Below are positions 1 through 9,967 of a DNA stretch of 64,000 nucleotides, in pieces. Positions within the stretch are counted from its first letter, which is position 1; every line of letters begins with the position of its first letter. Both the position numbers and the translations under genes were made by a program. Source of the DNA: Patescibacteria group bacterium (GTDB lineage: Bacteria; Patescibacteriota; Microgenomatia; UBA10105; UBA927); assembly GCA_038063875.1 (NCBI GenBank), contig JBBTUH010000028.1, forward strand, positions 17,046 through 81,045. The letters are read 5' to 3'. The notes below the pieces were generated by a model that ran no database searches, was not told the origin of the DNA, and saw nothing but the letters and a program-made list of their open reading frames with translations.

Positions 1-2
1 TA

Positions 3-1076
3 TCCCAAAACGCAACGACCTACGTATTAGATTGCCTACAATCCGGATGGATTTCTTCGGCAGGCACCTACATCGGTCGGTTTGAAACAGCATACGCAAA
101 ATTTTTAGGTGTCCGCCATGCTATTACAACCAGTAACGGTACTGCGGCCCTCCATCTTGCTGTGGCAAGCCTTGGCATTACCACGGGCGATGAAGTGCTC
201 ATGCCAGATCTTACGATCATCTCTTGTCCTTTGGCCGTCATGTACACAGGCGCCACACCCGTATTTGTCGATGTCGACCCTGTTACCTTTACCATCGATC
301 CAAATCGCATTGAAGCAAAAATTACCAAACGTACACGCGCCATCATGGTGGTTCATCTCTACGGACATCCCTGCGACATGGATCCCATCATGGCACTTGC
401 CAAAAAGTACAAACTCGCTGTCATCGAGGACGCGGCAGAAGCACACGGAGCGCTGTACAAAGGGAAACCCGTAGGCACAATCGGTACAATCGGCGCTTTT
501 AGTTTCTACGCCAATAAAATTGTCACAACAGGAGAGGGCGGCATGGTCATCACCAATCAAACACGTCTTGCCACTACCGCACGACTGCTCAAAGATCTCT
601 CCCACAGCCCTACACGTCGCTTTTGGCATACCAAGATTGGATTTAACTATCGACTCACCAATATATCGGCAGCTATTGGCTTGGCTCAACTTGAATCCAT
701 CAATACATACATCGCCAAAAAGAAATGGATGGCTAAAGAATACGCAAACGCATTAGCAGGTATTCCCTACCTCACACTCCCACAAGAAAAACCATGGGCA
801 GAGAGTGTGTACTGGATGTATGCCATCACCCTTACCAAAGATTCGCAAATAACGAAAAATGAACTACGAAACAGACTAAAGATTCGCGGTATAGACACGC
901 GGGATTTCTTTTACCCGTTACATACCCAACCGATATTGAGACACTTCGTAAACAAACACGATCGATTTCCCGTGTCAAACTTCGCCGCACGAAACGGCTT
1001 TTACCTCCCGTCTGGTCTGGCAATCACCAAGGAAGAAATTCAAAAAGTTGCAAAAGAACTCAAAGATATCTTATGA
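3..1076 (+). CDS. DegT/DnrJ/EryC1/StrS PLP-dependent aminotransferase (perosamine synthetase-like), 5'-truncated by the window edge
   Basis: Frame is open from nt 3 (SQNATTYVLDCLQSGWISSAG...SNGTAALHLA). Motifs VHLYGHPCDM, IEDAAEAHGA, FSFYANKIVTTGEGGM (PLP lysine), GFNYRLTN, LPSG. Confidence 0.93.
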   Translation, partial: SQNATTYVLDCLQSGWISSAGTYIGRFETAYAKFLGVRHAITTSNGTAALHLAVASLGITTGDEVLMPDLTIISCPLAVMYTGATPVFVDVDPVTFTIDPNRIEAKITKRTRAIMVVHLYGHPCDMDPIMALAKKYKLAVIEDAAEAHGALYKGKPVGTIGTIGAFSFYANKIVTTGEGGMVITNQTRLATTARLLKDLSHSPTRRFWHTKIGFNYRLTNISAAIGLAQLESINTYIAKKKWMAKEYANALAGIPYLTLPQEKPWAESVYWMYAITLTKDSQITKNELRNRLKIRGIDTRDFFYPLHTQPILRHFVNKHDRFPVSNFAARNGFYLPSGLAITKEEIQKVAKELKDIL

Positions 1077-1720
1077 AATGCACCATACTCCTTCCCACAT
1101 ACAATGAGGCAGAAAATATTGCAGACCTTATTGCTGATATTCAAAAGTATCTTCCCACCGCAGATATATTGGTCGTTGATGATAATTCCCCAGATGGTAC
1201 GGCAAAAAAAGTAAAAACAAATGCTCGCGTTGACCTACTCGTGCGTCGAAACAATCGCGGTCTCACCAATAGTTTACGTGATGGCATACAAACCACAAAG
1301 ACTGATGTGGTGGCATGGATGGATTGTGACTTTTCCCATCCAGCCTTTGTGTTGCCGCAATTATTATCAGCAGTACATAACGGAGCAGATTTAGCACTCG
1401 CGAGCCGTATTCATAACCACGGACTAAGCGCACTACTCAATACTATTGCCATGCTCTTTTTTGGTAAAAAAATAACCGATTACACCACGGGATTTCTTGC
1501 GGTACGAAAAACAGTGCTTGATCATATCCCACTTCGCGGTAATTATGGAGAATATTGTATAGATTTACTGGTCCGCGCACAGGCGGCAGGATACCGCATA
1601 CAAGAAATTCCATACACCAGCCCGCCTAGACGTGCTGGAGTTTCAAAAACTATGCCGTTTCGTCAAGGATATGGATATATTGCAACCATCATACGACTCC
1701 TATGGACATCCGGCAAATAA
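1073..1720 (+). CDS. GT2 glycosyltransferase, polyprenol-phosphate sugar synthase (DPM1-like)
   Basis: LPTYNEAENI, VVDDNSPDGT, MDCDFSH (DxD), TDYTTGFLA, EIPY...R..G.SK. ATGA overlap with the upstream stop. Confidence 0.9.
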   Translation: MKCTILLPTYNEAENIADLIADIQKYLPTADILVVDDNSPDGTAKKVKTNARVDLLVRRNNRGLTNSLRDGIQTTKTDVVAWMDCDFSHPAFVLPQLLSAVHNGADLALASRIHNHGLSALLNTIAMLFFGKKITDYTTGFLAVRKTVLDHIPLRGNYGEYCIDLLVRAQAAGYRIQEIPYTSPPRRAGVSKTMPFRQGYGYIATIIRLLWTSGK

Positions 1721-2277
1721 AATCATCTGATATTTCCGCAGTCACAGCGCTCCACATCCGCACACTTCCCTCAGCTATCGCTCGGATTGGCAATCCCTAC
1801 CTTTCGGATTTATACCACGCGCTCGATAAAAATCTCTGTCTTGTCGCTGTCGATGATGCAATGATTGTTGGGGTTATCAGCGCAACACAGGATTTAAAAA
1901 AAACACAAAAACAGATGCTGCGTGTATTTTTTTCTCCACACGTACTTTTCAACATCGCTTCAGCAATCGTAAAACAGCGCATTTCAATCACAGAACTTCT
2001 TGATCGCATCGTCACAGAACGCCAAATATTGCAAATATTTTCGACACCTTACCCCACCATCCTTACATTTTTCGTAGACAAATCTCATCAACGGCAGGGA
2101 GTAGGTACGCAGCTACTTCGCGCACTTCTAACAAAGTTGCCGAAAAATGTACCAGTATTTGTTGATACAGAAATCTCAAACGTCAACGCTACACGGTGGT
2201 ATCAAGCACGTGGCTTTCGTAAACAAAAGATTATCAACAGAAGCATCGTGCTGATGCTTATACCGCCCCCAAAATAA
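1702..2277 (+). CDS. GNAT family N-acetyltransferase
   Basis: FVDKSHQRQGVGTQLL (acetyl-CoA motif A) and N..A..WYQARGF (motif B). Confidence 0.85.
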   Translation: MDIRQIKSSDISAVTALHIRTLPSAIARIGNPYLSDLYHALDKNLCLVAVDDAMIVGVISATQDLKKTQKQMLRVFFSPHVLFNIASAIVKQRISITELLDRIVTERQILQIFSTPYPTILTFFVDKSHQRQGVGTQLLRALLTKLPKNVPVFVDTEISNVNATRWYQARGFRKQKIINRSIVLMLIPPPK

Positions 2278-4136
2278 AATATAGTAGGCTGATATTCATA
2301 GATAATCGTATGAAATCCTTTAGGAACAAAAAGTGTTCGAAATGTGTCCTTCGTCTTATCGATGCTCACTTTTTTACCATCTATTGTTGCTATCCACCCG
2401 GGGTACCAAACCTCAGAACTTATAAGCGTATCATTACATGTTGAATCAGTCGTCAATTCTATTTTATTCGGCAAATAGTTAGTTATTGTTACTTTACCGC
2501 AATCAGTGAAAAAATAAAAACGTGGTTTTACTGTAGTGTTTTCATATACTCGATACGTCGGTTGCTCTCGGACAAGACGGTATCGCGAATTCCCAATAAA
2601 CGAATCGTATGCGGCAGGGACAATAATATATTTAATATTCAAAAAATCAATTTCAGTAGCTGAATTTGATGTAAGATATGGCACTTGAACATCAACATCA
2701 AGCACTGCTTCTTTCCCACTCTTTCCTGAAGCAAGGGCAATGAATTCATAGTAGCTTCGAAGAATGGATGGATCATACCCCGTAGCAGACTGTATGCCAT
2801 ACGCCATCACGCTATCAAAATCCAAAGCATCTCTAGGAGTTACCCACACCCCAAAATTTTGCAACACTCGGTGTGGTTTCGTGTCTTGTTTCAAGAGTGC
2901 AATAAGTTCTCTGTCATGACGTGCTGCTGGAATTGGCTTCATTTCTATAAAATTTCTGGCAAAAAAAATTAATTCCACTATAACGATTACGCCAATTAAC
3001 CGTTGCAACCAAATAATTTTTATCATGGAAAAACCTATACCAGCAAGTCCTGCCAATCCAAACACTACGAGAATTAAATGCCTAGGGGGAATACGGAGGT
3101 ACTGATACATAGGGATAAATTGATAGAGAAGTTTTTGTAAATCAACGGGTGCATTGGGCCCAAGGGAAACCCAAATACCAAATACAACAATGAAAACAAA
3201 TACAAGAGACTTCCTCAATCCTAAAACAGCAAGCGCGAGTCCCCCTATCCCCACAAAGGCACTGTGTTCAATAAAATTTGGTGGCGGACCTATATACGTA
3301 TACGGATTGCCAAACGCAAAAGGATGTAAGAATTGCAATAAACTCCGCCACTCTAGTGATCCATACGAATGCCAAACGTACGGAAATTCAAACGTCCGAA
3401 TGCTTTGACCAAAAAATTCCGCTGCGGGAAGAATTTGTATTGCCGCAAGACAAACTCCTATAAATAATGCGATAAAAACCAACACTAAAGGACGAGCACT
3501 TCTTTGTTTAACACTTTCAAAAACTGCAACTATCAAAACTGCTATGACGGTAAAAAATGCCATAGTCTGATAACCTGATAAAAGTTGCAATGCAAATACG
3601 ACACTTGCAATCACGATGTTCTTTTTTTCTCGTGAAAACGCCCACACAGTCCATGGCATCCATGATGCTGCTGCGATCACATCTACGTGCCCTGCAAACG
3701 TACGCGCCATAAAAAACCCCGAGAGACCAAAAATCACTCCACTTATCCACCCACCTATCTCCCACATTTCCCCTCGTTCCCTTATTACCCATATCATAAA
3801 AATTCTCATCCCCAGCATCGCCCAAAAAATATGAAACGCTATATGCCACGAATAGGCGACATTAAGAGGTAAGAAAGAAAATAACCAATTTGGCGGATAC
3901 CAAATATTTACCACTGGATTTGCGATAAACGGCTCTCCGCCAAACAAATACGGATTCCACCATGGGAATATGCCCTGAGATATCCACGTGTTAAAAAACT
4001 CCCGATAAAAATAATACTGCCTATGGATATCATCACCAAAGACCATGTGTGTCGCATCTGGAAATAAAGCTTTTCCAAAAACTAAACCCACAAGCACTAC
4101 GTACCCCAAAATCGTATACATTATTTTTGTGCGCAT
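2202..4136 (-). CDS. YfhO-like multi-pass membrane protein (GT-C-type glycosyltransferase)
   Basis: Many TM segments, FPWWNPYLFGGEPF, C-terminal SEVWYPGWIATIDGK...FRTLFVPKGFHTI typical of YfhO-like proteins. Confidence 0.8.
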   Translation of the reverse strand: MRTKIMYTILGYVVLVGLVFGKALFPDATHMVFGDDIHRQYYFYREFFNTWISQGIFPWWNPYLFGGEPFIANPVVNIWYPPNWLFSFLPLNVAYSWHIAFHIFWAMLGMRIFMIWVIRERGEMWEIGGWISGVIFGLSGFFMARTFAGHVDVIAAASWMPWTVWAFSREKKNIVIASVVFALQLLSGYQTMAFFTVIAVLIVAVFESVKQRSARPLVLVFIALFIGVCLAAIQILPAAEFFGQSIRTFEFPYVWHSYGSLEWRSLLQFLHPFAFGNPYTYIGPPPNFIEHSAFVGIGGLALAVLGLRKSLVFVFIVVFGIWVSLGPNAPVDLQKLLYQFIPMYQYLRIPPRHLILVVFGLAGLAGIGFSMIKIIWLQRLIGVIVIVELIFFARNFIEMKPIPAARHDRELIALLKQDTKPHRVLQNFGVWVTPRDALDFDSVMAYGIQSATGYDPSILRSYYEFIALASGKSGKEAVLDVDVQVPYLTSNSATEIDFLNIKYIIVPAAYDSFIGNSRYRLVREQPTYRVYENTTVKPRFYFFTDCGKVTITNYLPNKIELTTDSTCNDTLISSEVWYPGWIATIDGKKVSIDKTKDTFRTLFVPKGFHTIIYEYQPTIFYFGGGISISTMLLLIIFCLRKPRA

Positions 4137-4846
4137 ACAACCATTGTTGCTCCATTGTAAAATCGTATAAATCGTGACAATAAAAGTTCAACATGAAACA
4201 ACCATTTTAATACCATGTTTATAATCGGTGGCATTTTTTGAAGGTGAGCAGCCACTTCTTTTTTATTGTGCCACACACGATAAAATGGCAATAACAACGA
4301 ATTCCAATATGATTGCCGTACTATCTTAAACCCTGTGCTATGCAACTTTTCTAAAAGCTCCTCATATTCATACCGTCGCACATGACCAGACTGCGTATCT
4401 ACCAAAGACCACATGTCCCTACCCGCGGGAACGGTAAGCAAAAGATATCCATTTACCGTGAGTAATCGATAACATGCCTGCAAAAATCCTTTATCATCCC
4501 GTATATGCTCAAGCACATCAAACGCACCCACGACGTCATAGCGTTTGGCTGACGTGTACCTAAAGATTGACTGACGTATCAGTTTCCCGTGTGTTCGTTT
4601 TGCAGCATAGGAAAGTGCCTTTTCGTTTACATCCAACCCTGTCGTGATGAATCCAAGCTTTTCCAGTGTCGCCATCACAATCCCCGTCCCACATCCTATC
4701 TCGAGAAACGTCTTTGATGTGTATGGACTGGAGATAGTAGCATGGATCAGTGAAGTGATCATGGTATTTCTTGCCGTAAACCAAAAATGATGGTCTTCTA
4801 CTGACGCAATCATTTGATACAAGGATGATGGATACGTTTGCGACAT
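4121..4846 (-). CDS. Class I SAM-dependent methyltransferase
   Basis: EDHHFWF, FLEIGCGTG, FDVLEHI, LTVPA, GHVRRY. Confidence 0.88.
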   Translation of the reverse strand: MSQTYPSSLYQMIASVEDHHFWFTARNTMITSLIHATISSPYTSKTFLEIGCGTGIVMATLEKLGFITTGLDVNEKALSYAAKRTHGKLIRQSIFRYTSAKRYDVVGAFDVLEHIRDDKGFLQACYRLLTVNGYLLLTVPAGRDMWSLVDTQSGHVRRYEYEELLEKLHSTGFKIVRQSYWNSLLLPFYRVWHNKKEVAAHLQKMPPIINMVLKWLFHVELLLSRFIRFYNGATMVVCAQK

Positions 4847-4848
4847 AG

Positions 4849-6411
4849 TTATTCAAGAGAATACACGGTCACATAGGCATTTGAATATCTGTTGATCAAG
4901 AATGGGTAAGGAATGCGTAAATCCCGCACACCTGCTTCTGATTTCTCTTCCGGTCCGTAAAAAACAACACGAAGAGCATTTTGCTTCATCCATAGTTTGG
5001 CATCATCAGGGCTCATACGTCCCGCAAAAAATTGTGCTGCGATTTCCTTTTTCTTTTCAAAAGAAACAGTATTATCATGCCCCATATACACAGTGCGACC
5101 GATATACGCCGGTATATAATTCCCAGCAGTACTCCCCGAGAGCACTACTGAATCGACCGTAAAATTATCTTGGATATACCCCATACCGGCAACAAAATCT
5201 TTCAATGGATACATGACGAAACTGCCCGTCGGTACAAGCGGGGACGTTGCACGTATTTTGTGATCGATAAAGTCTCGTTGCCACAACCATGAAGAATACA
5301 TATGGAGAAGACCCATGGCAATAAGCACAATAGCCACAACGCGCCTTGGTCGACCAATTTTATACAACAAATATGCCGAAAGTACACCAAGCGGCACGTG
5401 GGGGATCATTTCAGAAAACCGCAACGGACTCTGTTGAGGGACAAATTTAAAAACGACAAGCAGTCCAATCCACGAAATCACCCATGCGACAGACAAAAAC
5501 ATTCCTCGTTCTCTTTTCCAAAGCGCGACGATAAGTCCTATAAGTCCTATAGGACCAATTGGCCCTATCGCTTTTATATATTCAAGATAGTCAAACGGCA
5601 ATGGTCGTATAACATCGACCTCAATTAATCGTTTCCATGGGTACACGTGCGTCATAAGACCCAAATACACAAGAGAAGGCATACTGATAAGAAATATAAG
5701 AAGGTAGGGCGTGATAAATTTCACCATCCCCTTCCCCTGCAAAAGTGCATACACCCCCATTACGGTGTAAACAAACAAAAGTCCTGGTGGAAACACCATT
5801 CCCAAAAGAAGTGCCAATATTCCCAAAAATATAGTATTTTTCCTTGATGGAAGCATCATCACCAAAAATACGATGAGTGCTTGCCCTGCTAAAAGATGGG
5901 GAATAAAGGTAATGCGTTGCAAACTATCCATCACAGACCACCACGGCATATACCCTCCAAACCTAGGAATGCCTTCAACAAACACAAGTTTTGACCATGA
6001 TGACGCCGTGACAACAAGTAAAAAGGCAAGTATATTGTAATTTGTATATTTGGCAATCAGCGCTAATAGTGTTACGGCCAAGACAACGCGCGCTACATGA
6101 TACACATCTCCAGCTTTCCCCCACGGTACACGCACAGAGGCACCAACTCGACCCATCAGAACGTACAGCTCATGGATAAGCGAACCATCATGAGGCTCAG
6201 AAGTATATCGCTCTACACTGGTCCACCTGCCTTCTAATCCTTGACGTATGCGAGAAAGGTAGAAATTATAATCCGTAGGGAAATTATGTACGAGCTCAAA
6301 CTGACGATTAGGCTGGAGATCACCTGATCGTTTCAACTCATACAATGTCGGAAGCAAAGAAAACAAAACAAACCCAAGTATAATAATATTCCATATCCAT
6401 TTTCTTGCCAT
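4849..6411 (-). CDS. Multi-pass membrane protein, probable GT-C glycosyltransferase (paralogue of 8249..9886)
   Basis: About 11 hydrophobic segments; acidic first loop PTDYNFYLSRIRQG; soluble C-terminal domain with GH.N motif. Confidence 0.65.
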   Translation of the reverse strand: MARKWIWNIIILGFVLFSLLPTLYELKRSGDLQPNRQFELVHNFPTDYNFYLSRIRQGLEGRWTSVERYTSEPHDGSLIHELYVLMGRVGASVRVPWGKAGDVYHVARVVLAVTLLALIAKYTNYNILAFLLVVTASSWSKLVFVEGIPRFGGYMPWWSVMDSLQRITFIPHLLAGQALIVFLVMMLPSRKNTIFLGILALLLGMVFPPGLLFVYTVMGVYALLQGKGMVKFITPYLLIFLISMPSLVYLGLMTHVYPWKRLIEVDVIRPLPFDYLEYIKAIGPIGPIGLIGLIVALWKRERGMFLSVAWVISWIGLLVVFKFVPQQSPLRFSEMIPHVPLGVLSAYLLYKIGRPRRVVAIVLIAMGLLHMYSSWLWQRDFIDHKIRATSPLVPTGSFVMYPLKDFVAGMGYIQDNFTVDSVVLSGSTAGNYIPAYIGRTVYMGHDNTVSFEKKKEIAAQFFAGRMSPDDAKLWMKQNALRVVFYGPEEKSEAGVRDLRIPYPFLINRYSNAYVTVYSLE

Positions 6412-6440
6412 AGTTATTATTCTATGTGATAATGCGTATC

Positions 6441-6959
6441 ATGGATACTCCGATAATTTATAAACAAGACTACTCTCCCAAACCAACAATCGATAATGTC
6501 CAAATACTCCAAATCCGTAATTTTGTGGGAGAAAACGGCGACTTCTCCGAACTCTTGCGCTTGACGGATGCTGGTGAAAGTGAACTCATTGCAGGGTTTC
6601 ATATTCGTCAGATAAACAGAAGCAAGCAATATACCAAGGCAGTTAAAGCATGGCACCTTCACTATAAACAAGACGAAATATGGTACGTACCGCCTGATGA
6701 ACATCTTCTTTTGGGGCTTTGGGATGTGCGTGATGATTCTAAAACGAAAGGGGTACTTCAAAAAATCCCGTTAGGCGGCGGCAATTCGATAGCAGTCTAT
6801 ATCCCCCGAGGAGTTGCACATGGCGCGGTCAATTTCTCTGGCAAAAAAGCAAATGTCTACTACTTTGTGAACAATCAATTTGATCAGGCTTCGCCTGACG
6901 AACATCGCCTACCATGGGACGCCGCTGGAAAAGAATTCTGGGATGCTCCAAAAGAATAG
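6441..6959 (+). CDS. dTDP-4-dehydrorhamnose 3,5-epimerase family (RmlC-like cupin)
   Basis: G.FSE, QINRS, KAWHLHYKQ, DVRDDSKT, IPRGVAHG. Start ATG 6441 chosen because of an upstream extended -10. Confidence 0.8.
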   Translation: MDTPIIYKQDYSPKPTIDNVQILQIRNFVGENGDFSELLRLTDAGESELIAGFHIRQINRSKQYTKAVKAWHLHYKQDEIWYVPPDEHLLLGLWDVRDDSKTKGVLQKIPLGGGNSIAVYIPRGVAHGAVNFSGKKANVYYFVNNQFDQASPDEHRLPWDAAGKEFWDAPKE

Positions 6960-6964
6960 TAAAA

Positions 6965-7555
6965 ATGGATGATGCACCAAACACAAAAACTATAGGACTC
7001 GCGCTCGTCATAAGCGTTATTCTTATTTCTGGCGTATTTGTTGCATTTTCCAATGCCAATAAACAACAAGGCCAAATAGTACTCCCTGCTGGCGGCACGT
7101 ATTTAGGACCCACCCCCACGAATACACAAGAAAACTGGATCCAGCGCAAAGGTAAAATCTACCCCTATGCCTTTCTCTACCCTGACACGCTCTCTCTTGG
7201 TGAATTTCCAAATGACCCCACTGATAGTGTGACAATGTTTATTGCTAACACAGATGCAAATACCAACCTCTTTTTTCGTGTCGAAACACTAACCGTCAAA
7301 CCAATTGAGTACGCACAAAACTGGTGGAAACAATACAACTGGAAAGGCGTATCATCTGTCAGTGCATTTACCAATAGTAAGGGATTGACAGGCTACCGCG
7401 CTAAATATCTGGATAATAACGGTACTACTCCATACGACCACGTATTTTTTGAAGTGCCTAAGCAAACTGATTTAATAATCTGGATCAGTGGCAAACTATT
7501 TGAGCCGAGTGTGTTTGATACGCTCGTTGACTCTGTCGACTGGAAATTGCCTTAA
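6965..7555 (+). CDS. Hypothetical membrane-anchored extracytoplasmic protein (possibly PsbP/DcrB-like fold)
   Basis: ATG at 6965 just after the RmlC stop; single N-terminal TM, PTPT linker, Y.F.YP...W motif. Confidence 0.55.
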   Translation: MDDAPNTKTIGLALVISVILISGVFVAFSNANKQQGQIVLPAGGTYLGPTPTNTQENWIQRKGKIYPYAFLYPDTLSLGEFPNDPTDSVTMFIANTDANTNLFFRVETLTVKPIEYAQNWWKQYNWKGVSSVSAFTNSKGLTGYRAKYLDNNGTTPYDHVFFEVPKQTDLIIWISGKLFEPSVFDTLVDSVDWKLP

Positions 7556-7560
7556 AAAAT

Positions 7561-7983
7561 CTAATTTTTTGCCCCTATCAACTCTATTTTCCCCAACTGC
7601 TTTGCTTTATCAAAATATTTTTTATCAGCAGTTATGTACATCGCATTTCTTGCTATCGAAAGCACGTGGTAAGACGCGTCGTAGACCGTCGTTCCACAGT
7701 CATAGGAAAACGATAATGCTTTCTGAATAAGCGCATCGCTTAGAGGCACGATAAGTATCGGGAGTTGTAGCAAAATTGAGCCTATTTCCTCCGCTATCTT
7801 TTGATCCTTAAGAGTAAATCGAAGTCCGTTTGCCACCTCAAGAGGAAGAAGTGGTGTAGAAAGTAAAATTAACGTTCTTTTTTTGGCATCACGTAACATA
7901 TTGGAAAATATATCTACTAATGCAGTATCTTCTTTAAGTAAAAATCGTAAAATGACGGATGCGTCCACGACAAAAGTTTTCAT
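7561..7983 (-). CDS. vapC: VapC-type PIN-domain toxin
   Basis: VVDASVIL, LEVANGL, TVYDASY, TADKK: the four acidic PIN positions. Confidence 0.9.
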   Translation of the reverse strand: MKTFVVDASVILRFLLKEDTALVDIFSNMLRDAKKRTLILLSTPLLPLEVANGLRFTLKDQKIAEEIGSILLQLPILIVPLSDALIQKALSFSYDCGTTVYDASYHVLSIARNAMYITADKKYFDKAKQLGKIELIGAKN

Positions 7984-8213
7984 ATTCTTCCTTTCGTGAT
8001 CGCCGCACGAATTGCATGATCAGACACTCTGGGTAATCGGTTGCGAATTGCTATAAAGTCTTCTACAGGATCTTTACTGGTATCCCGAAGGAGCTTCTCT
8101 TCCAGTACTTTAGTGATAAACCTACTTACATGCCGCTTCCCTACGGTTGCAGAAAGATACTCTGCTATATGTACGGGCAAACTAATACTGATTTTATTTA
8201 CAGTCATACTCAT
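7980..8213 (-). CDS. Ribbon-helix-helix antitoxin (VapB-like)
   Basis: KISISLP beta strand plus two helices (VSRFITKVLEEKL); 4-nt overlap with the PIN gene. ATG 8213 preferred because the track's TTG start is part of a TTGACA -35. Confidence 0.75.
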   Translation of the reverse strand: MSMTVNKISISLPVHIAEYLSATVGKRHVSRFITKVLEEKLLRDTSKDPVEDFIAIRNRLPRVSDHAIRAAITKGRI

Positions 8214-8223
8214 AGTATGAATT

Positions 8224-8252
8224 ACATTACTACTATTTTTCGTGTTTGTCAA
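8224..8252 (-). promoter_or_regulatory. Putative sigma70 promoter of the first vapBC
   Basis: TTGACA (8252-8247)-N17-TAATGT (8229-8224), ATG 10 nt downstream. Confidence 0.45.
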
Positions 8253-9886
8253 TCTCGTATGAAATCACCGTACCTCATACACAGACACTCCCCCGAAACA
8301 AACGATGGACGTGATTTTAAAAGCGGCAAAAAATCGGTTCCTGTAATGCCTACCATCGTAATCACATGTGACACTCGATACAATAAAAGGAGTTCTTTTT
8401 TCCTTACAAGCGGCGTATCGCTTGAAAATAAAAAAGTATTCATATCCGTCATTTTTGACTCATTTTGCCATGTCATTAGTCGGTGACCCGACACGCTTCT
8501 ACATGATGTGTACGAAGGCACCATCGTATCTACCCAATCAGATGAAGCGACGACACACGAATCTTTAGATGGGATGCTATTAAGATACATAAATGCTTTT
8601 TGTATATCGATGGGGATGTACACCTGCGGATTGTCGATTTTAGATTCCATTTTTCGTAAAGAAGCTGATACACTTACATACCAAGAAGGAACACTCAAAA
8701 CGATAACTATAATGACCAAAAGCGTCAACGTACTCTTTCGCTTGTATGTACGTTCAATCCACAAAAGTCCCTGCGTAGCCAAGATACCAAGCGCAATCCA
8801 TTGGTATCCTGCAAGATACCGGCTATTTGAGAGAGGTAAAAACGGTCCTATCACAAACAAAAAAACCCATCCTACTATTACCCAGCACACGAGCATACGA
8901 GAAATTGTGTTTGTCCCAAATCCTACGACTGCTCCAAGAAGAGCTACCCATAATACTGGACCAAACGATTGTATATACGCGCGTACAGAAACAGCAAGCA
9001 AGCCTCCTTGCTCCCACGGTGGGGCGTACGTCGTCCACGGAAACGAAGAGTGCGCCAGCGACTGATGATACAGCGCGACTATCCCTGCTACACCCATACT
9101 GATTACCCCGAGAAGGAGCGTCTGGGTGTTCATCGTTCGTTTTTTTATAAAACTCATCACGATCTCTATCCCCAACCATATTCCTATCGTACTAACGTAG
9201 GTAATAAGGATGACCGGACTTATAAACCCCATAATGATCGTCATCATGACTGCAAATATCATCGGTAACAGACGATCTCTAAGCGAGCGTGATTGTTTTT
9301 TCACCGAATCAGTCAATAAAAGAAGCAGCAGCAAAAAGAAAATTTTTGACCACAAATGGTGCGGTATAAATGACAAACGCATCAACGGGTCAAGCTCGGT
9401 CCATACACGAATAAGAGAAGGAACGTGTACTCCGTTTTGTCCCCAGTCTGGCCAAAATGTAGCGGATAACGTAATGACCAGCGCGCCAATCCGATATCGT
9501 AAGTCTGGAAATACCCGCCGTATTACGCCATATATACACCCCATCAGAGTTACGGCTCCGGTAACCCTCGCAATGGTATACAACGCATCCATCCCCAACG
9601 GAAATATGAGCGCTACTTTACCCAATACAATAAAAAAAATCGCCACAAGCTGTGGTGTAAATACCTCGGGCGTCATACGAGTGGTAGATAACCATTGCCC
9701 ATCGTATCCTTGACGCATAAGGTGAAGGTAATAAAAATAATCTTCCGGATAGTTATGAAGAAACGAATAGACTGTTTTCGTCGGCGTTTGAATTGCATAC
9801 AAAAACGTTTCCAAAAAAGAAAGAACAACAAAAATAACAATGACGACAGTTACCACTCGCATTTCTTTCGTTCCCATAGATCCCAT
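8249..9886 (-). CDS. Multi-pass membrane protein, probable GT-C glycosyltransferase (paralogue of 4849..6411)
   Basis: HNYPEDYFYYLHLMRQGYDGQW vs HNFPTDYNFYLSRIRQGLEGRW; LDPLMRLSFIPHHL vs MDSLQRITFIPHLL. Confidence 0.65.
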   Translation of the reverse strand: MGSMGTKEMRVVTVVIVIFVVLSFLETFLYAIQTPTKTVYSFLHNYPEDYFYYLHLMRQGYDGQWLSTTRMTPEVFTPQLVAIFFIVLGKVALIFPLGMDALYTIARVTGAVTLMGCIYGVIRRVFPDLRYRIGALVITLSATFWPDWGQNGVHVPSLIRVWTELDPLMRLSFIPHHLWSKIFFLLLLLLLTDSVKKQSRSLRDRLLPMIFAVMMTIIMGFISPVILITYVSTIGIWLGIEIVMSFIKKRTMNTQTLLLGVISMGVAGIVALYHQSLAHSSFPWTTYAPPWEQGGLLAVSVRAYIQSFGPVLWVALLGAVVGFGTNTISRMLVCWVIVGWVFLFVIGPFLPLSNSRYLAGYQWIALGILATQGLLWIERTYKRKSTLTLLVIIVIVLSVPSWYVSVSASLRKMESKIDNPQVYIPIDIQKAFMYLNSIPSKDSCVVASSDWVDTMVPSYTSCRSVSGHRLMTWQNESKMTDMNTFLFSSDTPLVRKKELLLLYRVSHVITMVGITGTDFLPLLKSRPSFVSGECLCMRYGDFIRD

Positions 9887-9929
9887 GAGCGTATGATATA
9901 CTAAAACACAAGAAAAATTACGCGAACCC

Positions 9930-9958
9930 TTGAAATCCTATAGTAAATCTGTTATACT
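9930..9958 (+). promoter_or_regulatory. Putative sigma70 promoter with extended -10
   Basis: TTGAAA (9930-9935)-N17-TATACT (9953-9958), with TG at 9950-9951. Confidence 0.55.
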
Positions 9959-9967
9959 CTATTATTG

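Noticed and set aside
6914-8252. ORF-track starts at 6914 and 8252
   Set aside because: 6914 overlaps RmlC and 8252 coincides with a -35 box; ATGs at 6965 and 8213 fit better.
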